Source: an uncultured Alphaproteobacteria bacterium (GTDB lineage Bacteria; Pseudomonadota; Alphaproteobacteria; Methylaequorales; Methylaequoraceae). From it: a DNA stretch of 64,000 nucleotides. The stretch covers positions 45,768 to 109,767 of the forward strand of contig CABZMK010000001.1 of the NCBI GenBank assembly GCA_902526865.1, given 5' to 3'. A program made the translations under genes and the position numbers. A model generated the notes under the pieces. That model worked only from the letters and a program-made list of their open reading frames with translations. It ran no database searches and was not told where the DNA came from. Positions 55,231 to 64,000 of the stretch are shown here, one piece after another; position 1 is the stretch's first letter; every line of letters begins with the position of its first letter.

Positions 55231-56367
55231 TTATATAATTGCTTTTTTTTTCATTAAGTCAATTAAACATTTAACCAAATAGTTTATATCATCATAAGAA
55301 TTATATTGATGAAAAGAGATCCTTAGTAAATCCTTAACTTTAAGCTTTCTGAAATATAATAAGCTTGATGAAGATTTTGTTACAGAACAAAGAATTCTTT
55401 TGGACAGTAAGTACGTATAAATTTGAAGTGAATTTATGCCTTTGATTTTTAATGTATTAATGCCTGTTAATATATCTGAATTCTCAAAGAATGTAACTTG
55501 ATGAAAGTTTTCTAGTTTCTTTCTGAAATATTTGCTTTTACAAATAATATTTTGTTCAATTTTGTTTATTCCATAGTTATTAACTTTTTCGATAGCTTTA
55601 CTTAACCCTAATTGAAGAGATGGTGAGAATTCAAAATTTTCAAAAATATGAGATTTATTAATTTTAATTTTATCTCCAATTATTTCAGCATTTTTCATAT
55701 CCAAAATCATAGGATTAATTTTTTGTATTATTTTATCATTGATATAAATAAAACCTGTCCCCCGAGGACCTCTAAGATACTTTCTTCCCGAACCAACAAG
55801 AACATCACAGTTAATTTTCTTTACATCAACTTCAATCTGTCCAATGGATTGGCATGCATCAAGGACACAAATTACTTCCGGAAAAAGCTGTTTTACGAAA
55901 TTAAAAATCTTTTCTACTTCAATTCTGTTTCCGCATTGCGAGGCCACATGACACAAAGACACAACTTTGGTATTTTTATTAATTTTCTTTTTTAAATCTT
56001 CAAAGCAAACTTTTCCATTCTTTTTTATTTTTACAATTTTAATGTTATATCTTTTATTTTTGTAATAAATAAGATTGCTTCCATATTCATTTTCAAAAAT
56101 AAGAATGTTTTGATTTTTATCTATCTTCAGTGAATTAAAGAATAAATTCCAGGCCAGAGTTGTACTTGTTAAAAATGATATTTCTTTATATTTACAATTT
56201 ATTAATTTGGAGAGATTTATATAAAAACAATTTATTTTTGTTTCGTATTTAACAACTGCGTAATATCCACCATAATTCTTTTCAATTTCTAAAAAACTGT
56301 TTATCTCTTTATTAATGACATTTAATGGTCTGCTAGATCCCGCATTATTAAAATTAATATATCTCAA
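55231..56367 (-). CDS. egtE: PLP-dependent class V aminotransferase-fold enzyme, EgtE-like C-S lyase (last gene of the ergothioneine operon)
   Basis: 378 aa; LDACQSIGQ...GSGRKYLRGPRGTGFIYI (PLP-lysine region of the NifS/CsdA/EgtE fold); 4-bp overlap with egtD. Confidence 0.6.
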   Translation of the reverse strand: MRYINFNNAGSSRPLNVINKEINSFLEIEKNYGGYYAVVKYETKINCFYINLSKLINCKYKEISFLTSTTLAWNLFFNSLKIDKNQNILIFENEYGSNLIYYKNKRYNIKIVKIKKNGKVCFEDLKKKINKNTKVVSLCHVASQCGNRIEVEKIFNFVKQLFPEVICVLDACQSIGQIEVDVKKINCDVLVGSGRKYLRGPRGTGFIYINDKIIQKINPMILDMKNAEIIGDKIKINKSHIFENFEFSPSLQLGLSKAIEKVNNYGINKIEQNIICKSKYFRKKLENFHQVTFFENSDILTGINTLKIKGINSLQIYTYLLSKRILCSVTKSSSSLLYFRKLKVKDLLRISFHQYNSYDDINYLVKCLIDLMKKKAII

Positions 56368-57332
56368 ATACTTTTTACTTTCATAATAAAAACACCAAAG
56401 AATGATTTCTTATCTTTGAGGACATCTATAATTTCAAAATTTGACAACTCTGCCAAATTCTGAAAACTACTCACAGAATATTTGTAGGAATTTTCAGTAT
56501 GAATAGTCTCTCCTTCTCTAAAGTAAATTTTTGTATTTAATATTTCAACTACTTGCTTTTTTTTACTCACTAAATGCATCTCTATTCTACTTTTCTTTTC
56601 ATTGAAGAAAGCTTTATGAGAAAAAAGTGTTGAATCAAAAATGGTCCCACAAATTTTATTTACACCATTAAGAATATTTTTATTAAATTCAGCCGTTAAT
56701 CCTTCAGAGTCATTATAGGCTTTCTCTAAAACCTCTCTATCTTTTTTTAAATCTACACCAATTACAAGAAAACTTTCATTTCCTAGAATTCTTGAAAAAT
56801 TTATAAGTAATTTTTTTGCATCCTCTGGACTGTAATTTCCTACTGTGGAGCCGGGGAAAAAACCAATTTTTGATTTCTTTTTACCTATAATTTTTTGAAG
56901 CATATCTATTTGATTAAAATCTGCACAGATAGCTTTGATCTTTAAATCTGGAAAATCTTTTGCTGAGTCTTTAGCATTTTTAAATAAAAATTCCTTACTT
57001 ATATCAATTGGAATATATTCTATTGGTTTATCTATTGCTTCCATTAGTTTTTTAATTTTATTGTTCGAACCACTTCCAAATTCTATAACAACAGAATTTG
57101 AGGGTAATTTTTTTTTAAGGTGATCCTTATTTTTTTCTAAAATTTCACATTCAATTTTAGTAGGATAGTAGTCATCAAGTTTTGTTATTTTATCGAACAG
57201 TATAGACCCTTTTTCATCATAAAAATATTTAGAATTAATTTTTTTCTGTGTTTTTGAATCTAAGCCCTTTAAAACTTTCAAAGAATCATCCTCCACAGAA
57301 TCAAAAAAATTAATTAAATCTAAATTATTCAT
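56364..57332 (-). CDS. egtD: L-histidine N-alpha-methyltransferase EgtD (hercynine synthase)
   Basis: 322 aa; hallmark KYFYDEKGSILFDKITKLDDYYPTKIECEIL matching the EgtD YYDxxGSxLFExITxLPEYYxTRxE motif. Confidence 0.8.
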   Translation of the reverse strand: MNNLDLINFFDSVEDDSLKVLKGLDSKTQKKINSKYFYDEKGSILFDKITKLDDYYPTKIECEILEKNKDHLKKKLPSNSVVIEFGSGSNNKIKKLMEAIDKPIEYIPIDISKEFLFKNAKDSAKDFPDLKIKAICADFNQIDMLQKIIGKKKSKIGFFPGSTVGNYSPEDAKKLLINFSRILGNESFLVIGVDLKKDREVLEKAYNDSEGLTAEFNKNILNGVNKICGTIFDSTLFSHKAFFNEKKSRIEMHLVSKKKQVVEILNTKIYFREGETIHTENSYKYSVSSFQNLAELSNFEIIDVLKDKKSFFGVFIMKVKSI

Positions 57333-58585
57333 TAAATATCTTTAGCTAACCGTAAACCAGAAAACTGCCATCTATCTTCAGGATAATAAAAGTTTCGATA
57401 AGAAGCTCTTATGTGGCTTTTGGGTGATGCAAATGAACCGCCTTTAAGTACTAATTGATTGCACATAAATTTACCATTATATTCTGATAGTGAATCTTTA
57501 TAAGAATCATAATTTTTATATGGTAAATATGGACTAGATGACCAAACCCAAAGATTGCCGAAAAAATTATCAAAAAATTTTTCGGAATTATATGAATGCT
57601 CTTTAAAAAATTTATTTTCTAAAAAATTTCCGGATTTTTTTGAGGTTTTTAGTACATATTCTAGTTCAAATTCTGAAGGTAATCTGGTATTATTATACCT
57701 TGCGAATGCCATTGCCTCATAAAAACATATGTGCGAAACAGGGGAATTCATATTTATACTTTCAACTCCATTCAGATTGAATAAATAATTATTATCAATC
57801 CAATACATTGGCTTATTAATCTTATTTTTATTAATGAATTGCCAACCATCTGAAAGCCAAAGCTCTGGACGATTATAACCTTCATCTTCGATAAACTCCA
57901 TCCAATCTTGATTTGTTACAAAGTCCGTTAGAATAAATGGTGTTAATCTTATAGTTGACGTTGGTCTTTCATTATCAAAAGAAAATTGACATCCTTCATA
58001 ACCATATTTTGTTGCGACAGAGCTATCTAATATAAATTCATTCTTTTTATTTTTCTTTAAGTTACAATCTAGAACTTTTTTTTTTTTTATAAATACAGGT
58101 TTATTAATGTTTGAATATAGAATGTGTTTTATATCCATTAAAATGAGTTCTTGATGCTGTTGTTCGTGATTGAGAGCAATATTTAGTAAGTTTTCTAAAT
58201 TGACGTCATGAATATCAAAAAGCAGATCTAGATTTTTATCAACATACGACCTGTACCTTTTAACCTCAGAAAGACTTGGTCTACTTAAATTGCCTCTTTT
58301 TTCTCTCAAGTTAAAATGACTTACAGTTTCGTAATATGAATTGAAGATAAAATCGTAACCTTTACTGAATAGTTTATAATTTTTACAATACTTAGCTAAA
58401 ATAAATTTTTCGAAAAACCAACTGGTGTGACCGAGATGCCACTTAATCGGACTAACATAATTAGCTGTTTGAATCACTTGATCATCGATTTCTAAATTCT
58501 CAACTAATTTATTAGTTTGATTACGTGTTACTTTAATATTAAGTAATAAATCTTGAATTTTTTCTTTTTTTAAATAATCTTCCAT
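57332..58585 (-). CDS. egtB: Ergothioneine biosynthesis sulfoxide synthase EgtB (DinB_2 plus FGE-sulfatase domains)
   Basis: 417 aa; N-terminal DinB-like iron motif (HLGHTSWFFEKF, HEQQHQEL); C-terminal FGE-like GNLWVWSSSPY. Confidence 0.75.
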   Translation of the reverse strand: MEDYLKKEKIQDLLLNIKVTRNQTNKLVENLEIDDQVIQTANYVSPIKWHLGHTSWFFEKFILAKYCKNYKLFSKGYDFIFNSYYETVSHFNLREKRGNLSRPSLSEVKRYRSYVDKNLDLLFDIHDVNLENLLNIALNHEQQHQELILMDIKHILYSNINKPVFIKKKKVLDCNLKKNKKNEFILDSSVATKYGYEGCQFSFDNERPTSTIRLTPFILTDFVTNQDWMEFIEDEGYNRPELWLSDGWQFINKNKINKPMYWIDNNYLFNLNGVESINMNSPVSHICFYEAMAFARYNNTRLPSEFELEYVLKTSKKSGNFLENKFFKEHSYNSEKFFDNFFGNLWVWSSSPYLPYKNYDSYKDSLSEYNGKFMCNQLVLKGGSFASPKSHIRASYRNFYYPEDRWQFSGLRLAKDI

Positions 58586-58686
58586 ATAATAAATTAAAAG
58601 TATAAATAAATTTTGTTACATAATAATAATTTATTGAAAATAGTATAATCTTTTATAAATTTAATTTTTAGATATCAATAAGTTTT

Positions 58687-59064
58687 TTATTTTTTTTTAA
58701 GAAATGTCGCAATTGATACAACAAAGTCACCATCATTGCTTATCGAGATACTTGAAGACTCAATATTTCCTAATCTTTTCTTAGCTTTGCCGTATAAATT
58801 CACAGTTGGTTTTCCATTTTTAAGGTTAATTATTTCTATATCTTTTATTTTTATTCCATCTGAAAAACCAGTTCCCATTGCCTTTACTACTGCTTCCTTA
58901 GCGGAAAATTTTCCAGCGATTTTATAATATATCTTTTGATTCTTCTTTATTTGTTTGATTTCACTATCTGTAAGGATTTTCTTTAAAAATTTATTTTCAT
59001 AATTTAAATAAATCTTTTTAATCCTTTCTACTTTTAATAAGTCAATTCCCTGCAATATTTCCAT
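58687..59064 (-). CDS. acpS: Holo-[acyl-carrier-protein] synthase
   Basis: 125 aa; MEILQGIDLLKVERI N-terminus and FSAKEAVVKAMG core typical of AcpS. Confidence 0.8.
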   Translation of the reverse strand: MEILQGIDLLKVERIKKIYLNYENKFLKKILTDSEIKQIKKNQKIYYKIAGKFSAKEAVVKAMGTGFSDGIKIKDIEIINLKNGKPTVNLYGKAKKRLGNIESSSISISNDGDFVVSIATFLKKK

Positions 59065-59219
59065 TTCTATAATACCATATTACTCTAACTTTATATTCAT
59101 CCTAGAATCTCATCAAAATATTTCTATAAAAACTTCATAAAATTTCAAATATAATTTTAGCGAAAATAATTTCTGAATTATTTGTTTGTAAGACTATACA
59201 TTTTATTGCCAAACTTTAT

Positions 59220-60615
59220 TTACCTTTTTTTACTATAAAAATAATTTATAAAATTTATGTTTGACATAATAATTAGTGGATATACTACCATTAAATATCT
59301 TGGCGTTGATACATTTGTAAGGCTTGTAATAATCAAATATGATTGAATTAAGAATATTATCGAAGAATTAATAAAAATAGACTTCTTTACAATTGCTTTA
59401 GAAAAACAGAATAATATGTAAAAGCAATGAATAGTTAAAAAGAAAAGAAATAAGACAAAAAGTATTTGCGCAAACACTAAAGTAGTTTGATTGGGTAAAT
59501 TCATTGGTCCAGATGATTTAACTAGTTCTTGATACAAAGGAACTTCTTTATAATTAGCATTAAGAAACCTCTCTTTAGATCCGATAGACCAATTTCCTAA
59601 ATAGTGAAATAAGGAAAGTTTAAAATAGTCATAAAAATTATTTCTAATAATTTCAAAAAAAATATTGTTTGTATTCTCGAATACAATATTTTCTTCAAAT
59701 TCTGAATTTTTGATGGACTCAAGATTGAATGTTTGATACTGAGCAACAACTTCATAGTCAGATAATAATTCTGCTTTCAAAAGTGGGTTATCTAGATCAT
59801 CTAAAAAATTATGGACTATACTGAATTCTTTTTTGGTTTTTTCTAACAATGGTTGTAACTCTTCTGAATAATTACTAATTACAAAACTGTCCTTGCCTGA
59901 TAGGATAGCTAATTTTCCTACAACTATTTGTTTAAAGATAGTTGTCCTTTCTTTATACTGACTATAAAAAAAAAAGTTTTCGATAAGATTTGGGATAGAA
60001 AAAAAAAATTATAAAAATAAACGCTTTGTAATTTATTTTATTTTTTATAAAGAAAAGTATAAAAAGTATCGTAGACAATAGAATACCGATAGGCTTTAGT
60101 GATGCTATAGTTCCACAAATTAAAGCAAAAATTATAAGACCACCTCGTTTCTCTTCAAACAAATAAACAACGGCTAAATTTAGAAGACTAAAAAGAATCG
60201 ACTCAGGAAGTATAGTATAAGAATAAGATGTATAATAAGTATTTAATATAATTAAAATATAGCTTAATATCCCAAGTAATAATGAGGTCGTCCTTCCTAT
60301 AAAAAAAACAAGTAAAACAACACTAAAACTTAAAAGTATTTTTTGAAACAGAATTATACCAATACCGATTTTATTAAGTAAAGTAATTAAAAGATAGTAT
60401 AAGGTCTGTCTATTTTGTGTTGGATACATATAGCCGTAACTATCAGGCTGGATTTCATCAAAAAATGGTGAAGAAAATTGAATAATAGTAAATGACAGTA
60501 AAAATAAAGAAAAACTAAAAATTGCTTGTCGATTTTGATTTAAAATTTTTATTTTAATTTCCTTGATAACTGAATTAATGAAGAATTTGATTTTATATTC
60601 AAAATTAAATAAATA
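59220..60615 (-). pseudogene. Polytopic membrane glycosyltransferase-like (GT-C/ArnT-PMT-like?) gene interrupted by frameshift(s) at homopolymer tracts
   Basis: ORFs 59962-60429 and 59220-59849 lie in different frames, separated at A10 runs (59964-59973 and 60000-60009). Frame stays open about 62 codons upstream of the 155-aa ORF (to 60615) with a TM and a DE motif but no start codon. Confidence 0.35.
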
Positions 60616-60779
60616 TTAGCAGAAAAAGTGTAAATATGAAATTTAATTAAATTATCAAAATCAAAACTAATGTATTATCTAGCTTCTATTAAAATAATTT
60701 AAAGATATAAATGTAAAAGTTTTTATTTAATTAATATATTTGTTGTTAGTTTTATTTTGAGATTCAAGACTTTTTAATC

Positions 60780-62744
60780 TTATAAATATTCTTCAGCCCA
60801 AGAGTGAAGCATTAGAACGTTCCAAATAGGGTATTGCCAATTTTTCTCATTACTTTGATGTTGCTTCCACATTAATTGAATATCGTTTTTTTTTAGGAGT
60901 TGGTGTTTTTTAAAAACTTCATCAGATAGAAGATGAGACCCCCAATTTTTTAAATCTTTTCTTAACCAAGAATCAATTGGAACACCAAAACCCATTTTAG
61001 GTCTTTCAAAAAATTTTTCAGGAATATACTTTTTCAAAACCTGTCGTAAAATCCATTTACTTTGATTTTTTTTTATTTGTATTTTCTTTGGAAGCGTCCA
61101 CGAAAATTCAACTATTCTATGATCCAGAATAGGAACTCTTACCTCTAGAGAAACCGCCATACTAGACCTATCAACTTTAGTTAAAATATCATCCGGTAGG
61201 TAGGTCAACGTATCTAAAAGTTTTAACCTTTCAACATATTCTGTTATGTAAGATTCAAAGTTATTCTCCCATATCATTCCTTTTTCTTCTGTGCCTCTTA
61301 TCATGTAGGAGTCGGGATAGTCAAAAGAACTTATAAGAATTCTATAAAAATCTGGTTCTTCATCTTTAAGTATCTTTACAAGTTTATAAAGTTTATCTCC
61401 TAATTGAGGTGGTATAATTTTTTTTGGGAAAATTTTACTTAACATATTCCAGTGATTTGACGATCCTAAAGTTATAATACCAATAATTATTCTTTTAAAA
61501 AAATTTGGGAGTCTAAAAATCCAGTCCATATTCTCGGCAATCATATACCTGTTATATCCCATAAACATCTCGTCTCCACCATCACCTGATAATGCGACCT
61601 TTACTTTTTTGACTGCCATTTTACTGATTAAATAAGTTGGAATTTGTGAGGAATCTGCAAACGGCTCATCAAAATACCTTGGAATTAACGGAATAAATTC
61701 CTGAGCCTCATGAGCTGTTAAATATAACTCGTTATGATCGGTCCCCAAATAATGTGCAATTTCTTTAGCATATACTGCTTCATTATAATCAGATTCCTTA
61801 AACCCAATAGAAAATGTTTTAATTTTATTTAATGAATTTTTTTGCATGATTGCAGAAATAGTTGTTGAGTCTATTCCACCAGATAAAAATGAACCTACAG
61901 GTACATCTGCTATCATTCTTTTTGAGACTGAATCATTAAGTAAATCATCTAATTCCGTTACATATGATTGTTCATTCCTTTTTTTATCAAATTTTCTTTC
62001 CTTAATAATATCTTGTAAATTCCAAAAAGATTGAATTTTAGGATTAAAATCTTTCTTTGATATCTCTAAAATTTTACCAGGTTCAAGTTTAAAAACATTA
62101 TCATAAATAGAAAATGGAGCTGGAATATAACCATGTCTTAAGAAATTAGATATAGTATTACGATTTATTTTTTTTGAAACTAGAGGGTGAAGTATCAGAG
62201 GCTTTAATTCAGAGGAAAATACGAATTCATTATTCTTAATCAGGGTCCAATAAATTGGCTTTATTCCTAATCTATCCCTACACAAATAAATTTTTTTTTC
62301 TTTGCGATCGTATAATGCAAAACCAAACATTCCAATTAATTTCTTAAGTACATTTTCAATACCTAAAATTTCACAAAGCTCTAAAATTAACTCTGTATCA
62401 GAATGACCTCTTAAAGTGATATTATTTTCAGTTAAAATTTTTTTTAACTCTTGAGTATTATAAACTTCACCGTTATATGAAATTATAAATCTTGTACTTT
62501 TAGAAATCATTGGTTGTTTTCCAGTAACAGACAAATCAACAATTGATAATCTTCGATGAGCTAAAATGCATGAAAAGTCATTTTCATTCCAAACTCCAGA
62601 ATCGTCAGGACCTCTATGTTTTAATGAATTATTCATAGATTGAACTAATTTAATAACTTCAGGATTTTTCTTACTTAGACTAAAAATACCAGAAATACCA
62701 CACATAAAAGATAGCTTTAAAATTATACTATAATTAGTTATCAC
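60780..62744 (-). CDS. asnB: Asparagine synthetase (glutamine-hydrolysing), AsnB family
   Basis: 654 aa; N-terminal MCGISGIF Ntn cysteine; PP-loop SGGIDS. Confidence 0.85.
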   Translation of the reverse strand: MITNYSIILKLSFMCGISGIFSLSKKNPEVIKLVQSMNNSLKHRGPDDSGVWNENDFSCILAHRRLSIVDLSVTGKQPMISKSTRFIISYNGEVYNTQELKKILTENNITLRGHSDTELILELCEILGIENVLKKLIGMFGFALYDRKEKKIYLCRDRLGIKPIYWTLIKNNEFVFSSELKPLILHPLVSKKINRNTISNFLRHGYIPAPFSIYDNVFKLEPGKILEISKKDFNPKIQSFWNLQDIIKERKFDKKRNEQSYVTELDDLLNDSVSKRMIADVPVGSFLSGGIDSTTISAIMQKNSLNKIKTFSIGFKESDYNEAVYAKEIAHYLGTDHNELYLTAHEAQEFIPLIPRYFDEPFADSSQIPTYLISKMAVKKVKVALSGDGGDEMFMGYNRYMIAENMDWIFRLPNFFKRIIIGIITLGSSNHWNMLSKIFPKKIIPPQLGDKLYKLVKILKDEEPDFYRILISSFDYPDSYMIRGTEEKGMIWENNFESYITEYVERLKLLDTLTYLPDDILTKVDRSSMAVSLEVRVPILDHRIVEFSWTLPKKIQIKKNQSKWILRQVLKKYIPEKFFERPKMGFGVPIDSWLRKDLKNWGSHLLSDEVFKKHQLLKKNDIQLMWKQHQSNEKNWQYPIWNVLMLHSWAEEYL

Positions 62745-63105
62745 AAAGTCTGAGTTTAACGAAGCTATAAATTAATCTTAAATTTAGACTTTAAAAAAAA
62801 TTTTTAGTATTATCTTAAAAAAATTTCTATCAATATCCATTGAATTTCGATTCATGTCTATTCGAGTCGGAATAAGGTGTCATATATTTCATTATAAATT
62901 TAATATTTCTGTTTTCGGGAATTGCCTATTTCACACCTCCTCTATGATGATCAGCATCATTTTTCTTCCGGAAGTCAAATGAATATGAGAACGAATTATT
63001 GTTAACCCTACATTTTTTTTTTACAAATTTTAAAACTTGATTAATTTTTTTAAAAATTCAAGATAGTAATATTTTTAAAAATTAATCTTTAATGAACATA
63101 AGAAT

Positions 63106-64000
63106 TTGAAAAAAATAAGTCAAAAATCTCACAATATTAATACCTCTTACAATCCAAGATTAATGGGGCTCAGAGGTATAGCTGTAATACTGGTGTTATT
63201 TTATCATTTAGATTTAACTCATTTTTCAAAAGGTTATTATGGAGTAGACATTTTTTTTGTATTAAGTGGCTTCTTCATCAGTAAATCAATTATAGAAGGA
63301 TTAGAAAAAAATAATTTTTCTGTAAACTTATTTTATAAAAAAAGATTTTTAAGAATATTTCCACTTTTAATCATTGTGATAATAATTTCAAATCTTGCCG
63401 GATTTTTTTTGTTAACAGATTTACATCTTAAAAAATTAGGTGAGAGCAGTTTATTCAGTACAATAGGCCTAAGTAACTTTTATTTTTTAGGGGATGATAA
63501 TTATTTTTCTGATACAAGTGCATCCAAACCATTATTGCATCTATGGTCAATATCTATTGAAATGCAATTTTATGTATTTATACCACTTTTTTTAATTCTA
63601 TATTTTAAAAATAGAAAAATATTTCTTATTTTCTTTACATTAATTTTGTTATTAACGTTATTTTGTGGTTTCATTTTATCAGATGGTTTTTATAGAGTAG
63701 AAAGCTTAAAAAAATTTCTTGGTTTGGGCTTCAATAATTTTTTTTATTTAACACCTTTAAGAATTTATGGGTTTTTATTTGGAACTCTTGCTTTTTTAAT
63801 TTCTAGATATAATTTTTATACAAAATATCAAACCTCAAGTGTTGTGATTTTCAGTTTAATTATTGGATTTATAATCTTCTTAGATCTTTTTGAGAGGAAC
63901 AATTATTTTTGGGTTGAGGGAGTGATAGTGGTCTTTTCTATTTTTATAATTATTTTAAATGTTAATCATAAATTTTTGAAGTTACTTGAATTCAAATTTT
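63106..64000 (+). CDS. Acyltransferase family 3 (OafA/NolL-like) membrane protein, 3' partial
   Basis: RLMGLRGIAVILVLFYHL...VDIFFVLSGFFIS hallmark of acyltransferase-3. Start uncertain (TTG 63106 or ATG 63163); runs off the window end. Confidence 0.65.
   Translation, partial: MKKISQKSHNINTSYNPRLMGLRGIAVILVLFYHLDLTHFSKGYYGVDIFFVLSGFFISKSIIEGLEKNNFSVNLFYKKRFLRIFPLLIIVIIISNLAGFFLLTDLHLKKLGESSLFSTIGLSNFYFLGDDNYFSDTSASKPLLHLWSISIEMQFYVFIPLFLILYFKNRKIFLIFFTLILLLTLFCGFILSDGFYRVESLKKFLGLGFNNFFYLTPLRIYGFLFGTLAFLISRYNFYTKYQTSSVVIFSLIIGFIIFLDLFERNNYFWVEGVIVVFSIFIIILNVNHKFLKLLEFKF

Noticed and set aside
62745-63105. About 360-bp non-coding gap before the acyltransferase-3 gene containing small palindromes (TTCCGGAA, GATGATCAGCATCATT); considered as an sRNA or riboswitch
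   Set aside because: There is no recognisable riboswitch consensus and no terminator hairpin. The palindromes are short. It is most likely promoter/leader DNA for the acyltransferase, and the true start may be the upstream TTG.
1-64000. Search for CRISPR arrays, insertion sequences, integrases, phage genes and tRNA/rRNA genes
   Set aside because: No direct-repeat/spacer periodicity, no transposase- or integrase-like ORFs and no terminal inverted repeats were seen. No GC-rich cloverleaf-like stretches appear in any intergenic gap. All gaps are short and extremely AT-rich.

Overview
This is a 64 kb, very AT-rich window (roughly under 30% GC by eye) that reads as chromosomal DNA from a streamlined proteobacterium. 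Its proteins are strongly K/N/I-rich, and the DnaB N-terminus (AEQALLGAIL) looks alphaproteobacterial. The middle of the window (about 14.2-43.7 kb) is a large sigma54-dependent flagellar and motility locus: two divergent enhancer-binding proteins, fliE-F-G-H-I-J, fliK-L-M-N-O-P-Q-R-flhB, a five-gene unknown cassette coupled to flhB, motA-motB-orf307, rpoN, a divergent pair of sigma54 operons (tail-anchored protein with M23 peptidase and SLT transglycosylase, opposite three tandem bactofilins), and small secreted or cysteine-bearing proteins. Read directly from the sequence, I find eight TGGCA-N6-TTGC (GG-N10-GC) sigma54-type promoters and two 16-bp palindromes (TGTCAGnAAAnTGACA) placed like upstream activator sites. 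Flanking housekeeping genes are a CaCA antiporter, dnaB, mlaEF-like, cvpA-purF, an SDR, fccAB sulfide dehydrogenase, yfgM-bamB-der, marC, trhO, a divergent PEP carboxylase, fpr, a GST, ampG, an ABC ATPase, a SUMT, lpxL, a PAP2 phosphatase, a three-gene ergothioneine operon (egtB-egtD-egtE), acpS, a frameshifted polytopic membrane glycosyltransferase-like gene at homopolymer tracts, asnB and a partial acyltransferase-3 gene. I found no CRISPR arrays, transposases, phage genes or tRNA/rRNA genes.
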